The translations under genes and the position numbers were made by a program. Below are positions 29,216 through 39,578 of a stretch of DNA of 64,000 nt, in pieces (position 1 is the first letter of the stretch; each line of letters starts with the position of its first letter). The notes under the pieces were generated by a model, which saw nothing but the letters and a program-made list of their open reading frames with translations, was not told where the DNA came from and did not search any database. Location of the stretch: the sequence record NC_023719.1. The stretch is one strand, 5' to 3'.

Positions 29216-29932
29216 ATGAGTATTACAAAAAAAATTGAATTAGTACCAACAATGACGAGTAATACTTCGGCGGGGGTTGCATTTGGTAGTGGTGTATTAA
29301 GCACAAGTTATAATTTTTTTATGGCTTTTGACAAAAATGTGGCAACTGCATGGTGTTCTAATTCAATTATTTCTCACCTAGGATATAACTTCAATAAGAA
29401 TACTTACCTCAATGCTTACTCTCTAACATGTAGAAATCTTAATGCTGATGATTTAACTTCGATGGTAAGTTCATGGACATTTGAAGGTTCTAATGACGGC
29501 ACTTCTTGGACAGTGCTAGACACTCAAAATGGTCATACGTGGACAAAATCACAAGAGAAATTATTCAATTTAAGCACATTGGTAAATTATTCTCAATATC
29601 GAGTGAATATAGCGGCAAACAACGGCTATGCGGGCGTATCTTCTATTGGGGAGTTTAATCTTATATGGTTTAAAAATGTCGGCATTGCTCTTAAAAACCC
29701 AACAACTGATAAAAACTATTCCCTATCAGATAACACTCTTATCCATCTTCCAAATGCATCGAATAAAAACATGATTTTATTCGGTATGGAACAAGGAAAG
29801 GAGGTTCAATTGGATGTGCCTCTTGACAGGATGAAATATATACAAGATATGAGTGAAGCTTTAGATGTTGGTAGGACATTTAGACATGAAATTGAGGTTG
29901 GTAAAGAAATTGTACAGAAGGTGATTCTATAA
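29216..29932 (+). CDS. Discoidin-like domain protein
   Basis: AFDKN..W..SWTFEGSNDGTSWTVLD..YRVNI. Confidence 0.7.
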   Translation: MSITKKIELVPTMTSNTSAGVAFGSGVLSTSYNFFMAFDKNVATAWCSNSIISHLGYNFNKNTYLNAYSLTCRNLNADDLTSMVSSWTFEGSNDGTSWTVLDTQNGHTWTKSQEKLFNLSTLVNYSQYRVNIAANNGYAGVSSIGEFNLIWFKNVGIALKNPTTDKNYSLSDNTLIHLPNASNKNMILFGMEQGKEVQLDVPLDRMKYIQDMSEALDVGRTFRHEIEVGKEIVQKVIL

Positions 29933-29986
29933 CAAAAATAAAACCAGTATTAGCTTAATTGGTTTAAAAAATAAGAAGGTGAAAAT

Positions 29987-32182
29987 ATGGCTAAAACAAT
30001 AATTTATACTTCTAATAAAACATTGGTTCAAAGTGGAAATACATTTACTATTAACTCAGGAATGAATATTGGTACAACTAATGTTATTACTAGCGGAAAA
30101 TGGTATTGGGAGGTGAAAATAGACACACTTGCTCCTGCAATTTACATTGGTGTTACGAATAGCGATTTTAGCTATAATATAGCAAATGCTGACCAATCTC
30201 TCTATTCATTAGTATTACATTGCGGAAATAGAAATTTCAAGTATAAAAACACCACTATTACAAGTGATTTAACTAACCTAATTAGTGGCGATGTTATTGG
30301 TATTTTTGTAGAAGCAGATAGTAAAATAGTGCATTTTTATAAAAATGGTGTAAAATTCAAAGAAATCCAAACAGACTTTAAAGATTTCTTTCCATTTGTG
30401 GGCTATGGCACTACTAGCGGAACTGGCGTTACAACATTTAACTTCGGTGCGAATAATTTCTTTTATGTTCCGAAGAATATAGATTACACAGTGTTAGCAT
30501 ATGAAACAGAGAAAAGATTTATATTTCTAAATAAATTCTTAATTTTAAGTGGTACTGAAATCATCAGTATAGAAAAAAGTGTAGATAGTGTTAGATTGAT
30601 TAGTTTACCCTCTCGAACAGAACAAAATTATATTAAATACGGTATGGACAAGCAGACAGAGCTAGACTTGTCAACAGAAATCACAAAGAAAGAAATTATT
30701 AATAAGGATGGGACTTCAAACACAATAACAATTGAGCCTACACCACTCAGAGAATTATTAGGTAATAATATTAGCATCTTAGAATATACAGATAGCCCTT
30801 CTCAAGAAACATCCTCTATCACTTTAGAGACAGAGCCTTTTAGTGTATATGATTATATAGGTGAATTACCTAGTATAATAGCTTATACTGAGTCCACAGA
30901 AGATGTTATTGTATCAACTAACACAGAGCCATTTGATATTTATGATGAATTTGGTGATACTGTTGATGTCCTTTACTATACAGATAATGAAACAGTAACA
31001 AATGCTGATTTAATCCTTGAAGCTAATTGGTCGCCTATAGATGAACTTGAAGGTGATTTTGATATTGTAACTTGGACAGATGAAGAAGGAGATAGTGTTG
31101 CAAGGAAAATTGAAATGCAAGCAACACCAAAACCTCAATTTATTAAGCTTGTCGATAAGAAAAGGATTTATGGATATTTGAAAGATATCATTATCCCTGA
31201 ATCATCTAAAGGAAAGAAGTATGTAAGGTTTTTCTTGAGTCCAGACGATACGACATATTACGTTTGGGATAAGTTAAATCAACAGTTTAAGACTACAAGT
31301 TTTTCAAATGAAACTGATATTTTAAATTTAGGTATGACTTCATCTGATTTGGATTCAATAACAGAAATACAATGGAACAAGTGGCAACATGAATTTGTAA
31401 ATATCTGTATCTTCTTAAAAGATAATGCGAGGGATACAACTATATCTTCTATCGACAATATGTCTTATAATTCTTTAGCCCCTACAAACACAAATAATAT
31501 TTCTAGTTTATCTTTATATATATTAAATACTACTGCAAAAATAAATGTCGAATTACAAGGGAATTTATTAAAAGGTACATTGAGTGATGATGACTTAACA
31601 AGAGTTCAATATAGAGTAATACTAAATAATAAAAATTTCTATCCAAAAGATGGTAATTTTACTGCTTTATCACCATCGCCTCAAAATATAAACTTAGAGA
31701 TACCAACTAAAGAAATGATTATTGGAGGAATAAATACTTTAAAAGTAGAGTTCCAAGATTTCTTTGGTACTACTGATTACTGGTTACATCAGTTTATTGG
31801 TGAATACTCTGGTGTAATGTTCGCAGATGAACAGAATAAATATTATTCAACAGATACAGGGGAAATATTGAGAAGCTTAGATTTTGGAACTATTATAGCT
31901 GGCCAAACATCTCAAGTTAAGATAATATATATCCAAAATAAGCACTCTTTCGATATTCACAATATAATGTTGTCTAAGTTGTCAAATAGCCTGCCAGATG
32001 GGGTTGAGCTTCAAATTAGTAAAACTAACCAGCCGTTCGTTCCAGAAGAAAGTCTAATGTTTGAAGATTTACTTCATTACAATGATAAATTAGCTTTTTA
32101 TGCAAGATTAAAAACAATTAAAAATACTGAACCAGGGTTTGGCGAATTTGATATCGGAGTAAAAGCTGATCCAATAAAATAA
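29987..32182 (+). CDS. SPRY-domain structural protein
   Basis: SGKWYWEV..GDVIGIFV..FYKNG; long acidic central region. Confidence 0.65.
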   Translation: MAKTIIYTSNKTLVQSGNTFTINSGMNIGTTNVITSGKWYWEVKIDTLAPAIYIGVTNSDFSYNIANADQSLYSLVLHCGNRNFKYKNTTITSDLTNLISGDVIGIFVEADSKIVHFYKNGVKFKEIQTDFKDFFPFVGYGTTSGTGVTTFNFGANNFFYVPKNIDYTVLAYETEKRFIFLNKFLILSGTEIISIEKSVDSVRLISLPSRTEQNYIKYGMDKQTELDLSTEITKKEIINKDGTSNTITIEPTPLRELLGNNISILEYTDSPSQETSSITLETEPFSVYDYIGELPSIIAYTESTEDVIVSTNTEPFDIYDEFGDTVDVLYYTDNETVTNADLILEANWSPIDELEGDFDIVTWTDEEGDSVARKIEMQATPKPQFIKLVDKKRIYGYLKDIIIPESSKGKKYVRFFLSPDDTTYYVWDKLNQQFKTTSFSNETDILNLGMTSSDLDSITEIQWNKWQHEFVNICIFLKDNARDTTISSIDNMSYNSLAPTNTNNISSLSLYILNTTAKINVELQGNLLKGTLSDDDLTRVQYRVILNNKNFYPKDGNFTALSPSPQNINLEIPTKEMIIGGINTLKVEFQDFFGTTDYWLHQFIGEYSGVMFADEQNKYYSTDTGEILRSLDFGTIIAGQTSQVKIIYIQNKHSFDIHNIMLSKLSNSLPDGVELQISKTNQPFVPEESLMFEDLLHYNDKLAFYARLKTIKNTEPGFGEFDIGVKADPIK

Positions 32183-32214
32183 ATTCCAATACAATGGAAT
32201 AGAGGTGTGAAATA

Positions 32215-33957
32215 ATGTCGAATAACGATATTTTTGGGCGTATCACGGTTACCTCTCAAAATAAAATGAAAGGTAATTTTAGAATTATTGGTTTTGGCGA
32301 GAAAGATTTAAGTTCAACTATCTCTACTAAATATTCTAGAGACGTAGAATCAAATGTGCTCATTTATAGTGATAATATAATTGATGAAAACGGTAAAAAA
32401 GGGAGTCAAATAAAAGCTGGTATCAAGGTACCTCATAATGATAATTTGCAAAGCTCTATTTCTATTATGCCTCACAATATAATGAGAATCATAGCGGAAA
32501 TAGTAGAACCTCCAAAAACGCAAGTAAATTTAAGAAATGTGCAGGATGCATTTATTAGGAGTTCTAGTTCCACACTTAATTTCGGTAAATTTTCAAATAC
32601 CTTTGTTGGTAAGAATTATCAAGAGGAATTCAAAACTTTTATAAAAATAGATATAGAAGAAATTCCTAAAGTCAATCAAATTATTACTAAATCTGATTTA
32701 GTACTTTACAAAGAAAATTATACTCAAAATATAGGCAAAATTGAGATTTATGAAGTATTAGAACCGTGGGCTGAATTAGGTGTTACTTGGAAAAACCAAC
32801 CAAAAGTTGGAAAGGTAGTAGCTTCTGTTTTGCTACCCACAAACCCTAGTGTAATTAGAGTTAATATTTTAGACATTGTTAATGAGTGGTATAAGGGTAA
32901 GCCAAACAACGGTATTATGTTGAAAGTTTCTTTAAATAATAGTGAAACTGAGAATTTTACAGTTGAAGGCTATAATATGGAAACTTATCAATTTGGTACA
33001 TCAGAAGGTGTGATTAATAGCCCATTTATTGATGCAGAATATTATGATGAATCATTAACATATAGTTCTGATATTGATAAATTAGAAAGTTCAATAGTTG
33101 TACGAAAAAGCAAAGATGGAAATTTAATAAGTAGTTTATTTGTTAATAGTTACTGGGATAAAGATGAGTTGCATGGTTCAATTACGGTTCCGCAATACAA
33201 CAAAGAAGAAAACTTAACTTCTAATGTATCTGTAAGGAAATCTGATGGTGAAAATATCCCTTCAACAGTAATTGTTTCTAATCCTCAATTATTTAGTTCT
33301 ATTAACGTCTATTTGTCTAAATTATTATTAAGTAATATGAAAGTAAGAAAAACTGACTATGGAAATTTACCATCTAGTATTAGTGTTAGAAAAAATGGTA
33401 TTGCGAATCTCTATAGTACTTTAAAAATTGAAAGTAAAAATGAAATAGAAGAGCTATCTTCTTGTATAATTATATCGAAGCCAGATTTAGTAAGTGAAAT
33501 AAAGGTTAAGATTTTTGATGAATTATCAAGTAGTGTCAAGGTTAGAAGAAAAGATGAAGAAAAATTAACATCATCATTAATAGTAACTAGACCAGACTTA
33601 TTAAGCACATTAAAAGTAAATGTATATGGAAACTTAGAGTCATCTATCACAGTAAGAAAAAGTAATATTAATAGATTGATTTCTAGTTTAATTGTAAGTA
33701 AGCCAGATTTAACAGGTAGTATTTCTGTTTACCCTACAAGTTCTATAACAGGTTCTATTAAAGTCATTAATACGTTTTTACCTTCTTCTATAGTAATTAG
33801 AAACAACGAAGATAACGATTTAGATTCTCATATTACTATAAGAGTTTTAAGAGTAAGCGAATTAAGTTCAAGTTTGAATATATTCAAAAGCTCTGATATA
33901 GTGAGTAGTATTATTATTGTTAGTAATAATGGAGAAAATTATGTATTTATAATGTAA
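32215..33957 (+). CDS. DNRLRE-like domain protein with C-terminal L-x-S-S-I-x-V repeats
   Basis: DAFIR..NFG..W.E..VTW.NQP..NNGIML; many short SSIxV repeats. Confidence 0.6.
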   Translation: MSNNDIFGRITVTSQNKMKGNFRIIGFGEKDLSSTISTKYSRDVESNVLIYSDNIIDENGKKGSQIKAGIKVPHNDNLQSSISIMPHNIMRIIAEIVEPPKTQVNLRNVQDAFIRSSSSTLNFGKFSNTFVGKNYQEEFKTFIKIDIEEIPKVNQIITKSDLVLYKENYTQNIGKIEIYEVLEPWAELGVTWKNQPKVGKVVASVLLPTNPSVIRVNILDIVNEWYKGKPNNGIMLKVSLNNSETENFTVEGYNMETYQFGTSEGVINSPFIDAEYYDESLTYSSDIDKLESSIVVRKSKDGNLISSLFVNSYWDKDELHGSITVPQYNKEENLTSNVSVRKSDGENIPSTVIVSNPQLFSSINVYLSKLLLSNMKVRKTDYGNLPSSISVRKNGIANLYSTLKIESKNEIEELSSCIIISKPDLVSEIKVKIFDELSSSVKVRRKDEEKLTSSLIVTRPDLLSTLKVNVYGNLESSITVRKSNINRLISSLIVSKPDLTGSISVYPTSSITGSIKVINTFLPSSIVIRNNEDNDLDSHITIRVLRVSELSSSLNIFKSSDIVSSIIIVSNNGENYVFIM

Positions 33958-34012
33958 ACAACAAGGGATGAAATAATTAAAGTTTATTAACTTTAAAAGT
34001 GAGGAGGATATT

Positions 34013-34306
34013 ATGACTATAGATAAATTTAAATCTGGTTTTCTAGGTAGCCCTTCTATATTAGTAAGTACAGCTAATGTAGAGTTAGTTGAAGATGGAG
34101 TTAATTTTAAAGAATTTTCATTTTTTAATTATCAATCTTGTACAATTCAAATAAATGATTCTAGCCCTATTTATTTAGCGGCAGAACAAGGTTTTTCATA
34201 TGCGTCTCTTCACAATGGTAAATTATTATATAGCTTTATTATCAACAATGCGGATGTTTCATATAACTGGATAGGGGCGATCAAATATGTCACTATACGT
34301 AGGTAA
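34013..34306 (+). CDS. 97-aa hypothetical protein, copy 2
   Basis: Near-identical to 23726-24019, with the same 20-nt overlap onto the next gene. Confidence 0.8.
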   Translation: MTIDKFKSGFLGSPSILVSTANVELVEDGVNFKEFSFFNYQSCTIQINDSSPIYLAAEQGFSYASLHNGKLLYSFIINNADVSYNWIGAIKYVTIRR

Positions 34307-36683
34307 ACCAAAAGGTACTGGCGGGGGTAGTTCAGGCGGTGGAGGGAATGCAAACATCGATGATACTGTAATCAGCGTAACTAGTACATGGTCTTCAAAC
34401 AAAATTAATTCCGCAAAAGCTGATAAAGCACACAATCATGAAATAACAGACGTAGTAGGCTTATCCGAAAAATTAAGTAATATAACGCCTAGTGAACACA
34501 CTCATGCAATAGCAGATGTATTAGATCTTCAATTGTCATTAGATGGGAAAGCTGATAAAACTCACATTCATCAAATAGGAGATGTAATGGGGTTAGCTGA
34601 GAAATTAGAAACTATTACTCCTGGCGATCATAACCACGAAATCGATGACATAACAGATTTGCAATTAGCGCTAGATAGAAAAGCTAATACTAATCATACT
34701 CACGCCATAGCGAATATTACCGATTTGCAGAGTGAATTAGACAGCAAATCATCATTAATTCATAAGCATGAAATGAGTGATATTAATGGATTGCAAACAG
34801 AATTTAGTAAAAAAGCAGATGTTAATCATACGCATACAATTGCAAATATACCAAGTCTTCAGACAGAATTAGATAGCAAGTCTAACATTAATCATGTCCA
34901 TAAGTGGGTAGAAATATTAGAAAAACCAGTTTCTACGCCAAATAATATTGATAAAGCTGTTACAAGTACTCACACCCATACTAATAGGAATGTTATTGAT
35001 TTCTTAGGTGGAGATGGTGACACACTTACTTATAAAGGACAACCAATTGACGGTTTTAAATCTGTATATTCATTAACAGAAAGAAACAACATACCTATGA
35101 CTGAAAGAAAAAATGGTATGCTATGCTTAACGTTAGAAGACGGAGCTCTTTATTATTTAAAGGGTGGTATTGACAATGCTTTCTGGGAAATATTTGCTGT
35201 GGCCGCTGGTGGAGCGACATCTGCGAGTTCTCTAGAATATACCCCTACGGGCGAATTGACTGCAATAAATGTTCAAGCTGCATTAGATCAATTAGAAACT
35301 AATAAAGCTGATAGGAAAAATTTATACACTAAAACAGAAACTGATAATTTATTAGCCGGCCATTCACATGATTATAGTAGTATAGCAAACACTCCAGATT
35401 TATCTTCTCTCCATTCTCATAGTAATAAAGCTACGCTTGATAAATTTGGTGAATCTATGGGTGAATTAACATTTAAAGGGAAAACTGTAGGTACGATGAT
35501 TGCTGATATCTATGATATGGATGGAGATGGTGTAATTGATAAAGCTGCAACACTAGATGGTTTAGTAGTTAGTCCATCAACTTTAAACTACGCAGTAGGA
35601 TTAACTGGAAACATACAAGCTCAAATAAACGCGATTTCTTCTGGTACAGTATTTAAAGGAGAATTTAATACTTGGGCAGCGATGTTATTAGCTTTACCTA
35701 ATCCATCAAAAGGATTTTGGATTTTCATTACTGCTGATGAAACAAAAGGTGGAGCGAAAACTCAATATTACCACGATGGAACAGAATGGATTTATGGTGG
35801 TGGTTCATCAAATGTACCTGCTGCCACTAATACAGTACTTGGTGGTATTAAATTAGCTGGAGTATTAGAAAATCCAAATAGTACTAGTGATAATCCACTC
35901 TTAAAAGCGACAGGCGTTGCACCTGGTATTTACAATAATGCAAACCTAATAATCGATGAAGATGGTAGGATTTCGCACGCAGAAAATGGAAGTTCTGCAT
36001 TTATTAATGATGATGTTGTAGCAGAAAAAGAAACATGGTCATCAAACAAAATTAATGATGAGTTAGTTAAGAAATCTAATTCAAATCATACTCATCCACA
36101 ATTGCATGACGCTGATCAACTTGGAAACGTAAAGTTAGATGGCACAAAGGTAGCTGATAAAAAAATTATCGCATATAACGCTGTTTCTGGCAAAGCAGAG
36201 TGGGTTGATCCAACGGGCGGTAAAGTATATGTTGGTTCAAAAGTTATTCCTGGAGATTTCAGATTGGTAGCTGGTTCTTATGTTAACCTTTTTATTGATG
36301 AAACTGCTAAGACAATAACTATTAATTGCACCGCTATGGGAGGTGGAGGCGGAGTGCCTACGTTAACAGAAATAACGCATACAGAGCTAGTACCAGCTGG
36401 TGGACAAGTTAGATTAAGTTTAGATGCAGCTTTTAACAAGTATGATATTAGAACATTAGAAATGCATAATACGGAAAGTATGGTTATGAGTGTTTCTGTA
36501 TTTGATCAAAGAATTGACGGAAGAAGAGTATATGACAGTAATAAAGAAATTAGCACTTACGATATAGTAAATGTACCTTGTCACGATAAAGATCAAAGCG
36601 AAAAGATACATTTACTACTTACAAATCATGGTACAAAAGATACTGTAGCTAGTCTTATTATAAATACTACAAGTTTAATTTGA
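34287..36683 (+). CDS. Tail-fibre-like protein with His-x-His repeats
   Basis: Eight ~22-aa H.H.I.D/N...LQ..L repeats; NVQAALDQLE; ATNTVLGGIK fibre motifs. Confidence 0.75.
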   Translation: MSLYVGKPKGTGGGSSGGGGNANIDDTVISVTSTWSSNKINSAKADKAHNHEITDVVGLSEKLSNITPSEHTHAIADVLDLQLSLDGKADKTHIHQIGDVMGLAEKLETITPGDHNHEIDDITDLQLALDRKANTNHTHAIANITDLQSELDSKSSLIHKHEMSDINGLQTEFSKKADVNHTHTIANIPSLQTELDSKSNINHVHKWVEILEKPVSTPNNIDKAVTSTHTHTNRNVIDFLGGDGDTLTYKGQPIDGFKSVYSLTERNNIPMTERKNGMLCLTLEDGALYYLKGGIDNAFWEIFAVAAGGATSASSLEYTPTGELTAINVQAALDQLETNKADRKNLYTKTETDNLLAGHSHDYSSIANTPDLSSLHSHSNKATLDKFGESMGELTFKGKTVGTMIADIYDMDGDGVIDKAATLDGLVVSPSTLNYAVGLTGNIQAQINAISSGTVFKGEFNTWAAMLLALPNPSKGFWIFITADETKGGAKTQYYHDGTEWIYGGGSSNVPAATNTVLGGIKLAGVLENPNSTSDNPLLKATGVAPGIYNNANLIIDEDGRISHAENGSSAFINDDVVAEKETWSSNKINDELVKKSNSNHTHPQLHDADQLGNVKLDGTKVADKKIIAYNAVSGKAEWVDPTGGKVYVGSKVIPGDFRLVAGSYVNLFIDETAKTITINCTAMGGGGGVPTLTEITHTELVPAGGQVRLSLDAAFNKYDIRTLEMHNTESMVMSVSVFDQRIDGRRVYDSNKEISTYDIVNVPCHDKDQSEKIHLLLTNHGTKDTVASLIINTTSLI
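34428..34905 (+). repeat. Tandem ~66-bp coding repeats (HxH fibre repeats)
   Basis: AHNHEI, EHTHAI, THIHQI, DHNHEI, NHTHAI, IHKHEM, NHTHTI, NHVHKW; boundaries approximate. Confidence 0.75.
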
Positions 36684-36684
36684 G

Positions 36685-36957
36685 GTGTTTAATTTGGATT
36701 CGTATGAAGAATTAATAGAACATTATAATATTATTATAGATAAGTTGTTTTCAAATGAGGAGATGACTGATAAAGAAGCTGAAATGTTAGGTAGATTTTT
36801 TGGTGGCAGTGGTACTTTCCCAGATATGCATGATAGAGAACGTGAAATTATGAATTCTCTAACTGGAGAAAATGCAAGATATGAAATAATAGAAATGATA
36901 AAGAAAACTATTGAAAGATCTGGTAGAATTCGTAGAAATTTAGAAGGATGGGAGTGA
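36685..36957 (+). CDS. Small hypothetical protein
   Basis: Tightly packed in the operon; start may be TTG36694. Confidence 0.6.
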   Translation: MFNLDSYEELIEHYNIIIDKLFSNEEMTDKEAEMLGRFFGGSGTFPDMHDREREIMNSLTGENARYEIIEMIKKTIERSGRIRRNLEGWE

Positions 36958-36963
36958 AATTAA

Positions 36964-37806
36964 ATGGCAGACGCAATTTTTTCAAAAGGTACTTGTAAAA
37001 AGAAAGAGATTTTAACAACAATGATTACGTTAATGAAAGCAGCGGGTTGGAATGATATTAGTTCCAACCCTGCTACAGATTTTTTCATTATGCATTCAAA
37101 AGGTGAATCTGGTGACAAAGATTTATTTATTCAATTCCGTCATGGTAGTACTTCTAACACAAACCCAATTGATACAACAGATTACAACGCTGCATCGTTT
37201 AGATTAATTAGCGAATATACTCCCGGCGCTCAAGGCGTTGCTGGGACATTTGAAAGACCTTCAGAATCTTGGAGGAACTTCTATGTTGCTCCAACAACGA
37301 CATTGATAAATAGTGAAGTAATGATGACTTATTATTATCATGTAAATAAAAACAGAATTATTTTTATTATTGAGACACCTGAATCGTTAAGTTTTGCCCC
37401 AGCTACACATTATTTTGGTTTACCAACATCTTTTGTTAGTGAACCAAAATCACGAGGCTTAATAGCTGCATCATCTACTTATGCTGTTACAGCAAATAAT
37501 GTTTATGTCACAAACGCTGCTGGAGAATTACCTTCAGATACTGCATCTTCTGGTAGAACTGTTTACTCAGCTATGCCTCCTAAGTCCCCTAACTCATCTG
37601 GAAAGCATACTCCAGTTGAAATATATTATGGAAATACAACTGAAGGTATTAGAGGGAAAATAGACGGATTATATGTTGTGCCAGCTGGTGGGATAAATAA
37701 TGGGGATACTTTAACAGTTGGAACAAAACAATTTAGAGCAGTTGTTAATGGTGTAGCAAGTAGTAATTCATTCCCATCAACAACTCTTATTTTCCAAATA
37801 CAATAA
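36964..37806 (+). CDS. Structural-island protein, paralogue 1 of 3
   Basis: GW.DISS.P.TDF....SKGESG shared with the next two ORFs. Confidence 0.7.
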   Translation: MADAIFSKGTCKKKEILTTMITLMKAAGWNDISSNPATDFFIMHSKGESGDKDLFIQFRHGSTSNTNPIDTTDYNAASFRLISEYTPGAQGVAGTFERPSESWRNFYVAPTTTLINSEVMMTYYYHVNKNRIIFIIETPESLSFAPATHYFGLPTSFVSEPKSRGLIAASSTYAVTANNVYVTNAAGELPSDTASSGRTVYSAMPPKSPNSSGKHTPVEIYYGNTTEGIRGKIDGLYVVPAGGINNGDTLTVGTKQFRAVVNGVASSNSFPSTTLIFQIQ

Positions 37807-37823
37807 TAAGGGCGTGAATTAAG

Positions 37824-38696
37824 ATGAATGATTTTATTTTTACTCCCGTTAAATTATTAAAAAAAGATTTTTACACTTGGCTTAAGCAAACACTTATAGA
37901 TAATGGATGGCAAAATATCTCTAGTAGGCCAGCTACTGAAAATGATATTTTTTACTCAAAAGGTGAGTCGAATAATGAAAATATTTTTTTTAGAATGAAA
38001 GAGTATTATGGTGCTCAAACTACTACTACTATATCTGCCTCTATTGATATTTATTTACCAGTAGCTCCGTTGCGTTCATATACTCCAGGGATCAATGGAG
38101 CGGCTGGAGTAATGGTGCCAAATGTCGCAGCTGCTAACTTTTATAATAATAGGATTGCTGCTGGAGGAATTTCGATTAATACTGAGATGACTATTTATTA
38201 TCATTGTAATAAAGATAGAATTGTTTTTATAGTTGAATGGCCATCATATTCAGAATTACATTCAACTTTCCATTTATTCGGAAAAACATTCAGACCAATC
38301 GCTAAAAAACCAATGACAACACAAACAGTAGTTTTGAGTGGTTATAGTTATGGTACTGTTGGTCCGTATATAGCGAGTATTGCTGACATCAACATGTCAA
38401 CAACAGCTATTCAAAAAGGGGATTTTAATTATTTTTCTAACTTAAAACCGAAAAATCCAAGCGGAAAATATTTTATGTCGGAACTCTGCATAACTAATGA
38501 TACTGATGGGTTTCACTCAATGGTAGATGGTATTTATGCTATAAATAATGATACTACTGCTGAATACAATATAGTTTTGAAGGGTGATGAGTTGGTAGAT
38601 AATCAAGGAAGGGTATATAGGATAACTAGTATAGTTAGGTCTCACACTAATTATCCAGCTGTACCTTTTCCTTTAATTGCTTTTAGGATTCAGTAA
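37824..38696 (+). CDS. Structural-island protein, paralogue 2 of 3
   Basis: GWQNISSRPATENDIFYSKGES, YTPG, NKDRIVF. Confidence 0.7.
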   Translation: MNDFIFTPVKLLKKDFYTWLKQTLIDNGWQNISSRPATENDIFYSKGESNNENIFFRMKEYYGAQTTTTISASIDIYLPVAPLRSYTPGINGAAGVMVPNVAAANFYNNRIAAGGISINTEMTIYYHCNKDRIVFIVEWPSYSELHSTFHLFGKTFRPIAKKPMTTQTVVLSGYSYGTVGPYIASIADINMSTTAIQKGDFNYFSNLKPKNPSGKYFMSELCITNDTDGFHSMVDGIYAINNDTTAEYNIVLKGDELVDNQGRVYRITSIVRSHTNYPAVPFPLIAFRIQ

Positions 38697-38709
38697 AGAG
38701 GTGATAATT

Positions 38710-39567
38710 TTGCGACAAAAAATTTTTAAAAAGCAAGAGATGAAGAAAAAAGATTTTTATGCATGGTTTAAAAGAACTCTTACTGAAGTTGGATGGGAAA
38801 ATATTTCAAGTAAACCATCAACTGATTTTGATGTTTTTTATTCAAAAGGTGAATCAGGTAGTGATGAATTATACTTTCAAATAAAAGAATACTATGACAG
38901 TAGTACAACTAATACGTTATCTGGTTCTAATGAACGTTTTTTTGATATAAGACTTTTAAAGAAATATACTCCTGGTGAACCAGGCACAGCTGGAATTTTT
39001 GATAGAAAAAATGACATAATGTATAGATTACAAATAGCCGCAGGGACAATTACTCCAGAAACAGACATGACTGTTTATTATAATGTAAATAAAAATAGAA
39101 TTATATTTATGACAGAATTCCCAATTGGTATAAAAGAAAATTCAGTATTAAATATGATTGGTAAACCAGATGAGCACATAGCAAAATACTACCCAGATGG
39201 TTCTATGATGTATTTTGCTACAACAGCTTTAAATGGTATTGCGTTTGCTTTAGATGAAGCCGATAGCACAAGGAAAGCAATGTTTGGAATAGCTACGCAT
39301 GAGATGATCACCCCTAGAGTTAAAAATTCTTCAGGTATGTTTTTTATGTCTGAATTTTCAGTGAAACTATCCAGTGAAATAAAAGCTTTAATTGATGGGG
39401 TTTATGTTTTAGCAGATGACTTCACTTTCAATACAAACGCAAATCGTGGAGACATATTAATAGATAAAGACGGAAATAAATACCAAATTTTCTATTTAAC
39501 TACTAGATCAAGTACAGCATACTATTATTATGATGTTACTAGATACATGGCACTAAGAATTGAATGA
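38710..39567 (+). CDS. Structural-island protein, paralogue 3 of 3
   Basis: GWENISSKPSTDFDVFYSKGESG, YTPG, NKNRIIF; TTG start after GAGGTG. Confidence 0.7.
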   Translation: MRQKIFKKQEMKKKDFYAWFKRTLTEVGWENISSKPSTDFDVFYSKGESGSDELYFQIKEYYDSSTTNTLSGSNERFFDIRLLKKYTPGEPGTAGIFDRKNDIMYRLQIAAGTITPETDMTVYYNVNKNRIIFMTEFPIGIKENSVLNMIGKPDEHIAKYYPDGSMMYFATTALNGIAFALDEADSTRKAMFGIATHEMITPRVKNSSGMFFMSEFSVKLSSEIKALIDGVYVLADDFTFNTNANRGDILIDKDGNKYQIFYLTTRSSTAYYYYDVTRYMALRIE

Positions 39568-39578
39568 GGTGAATAAAA

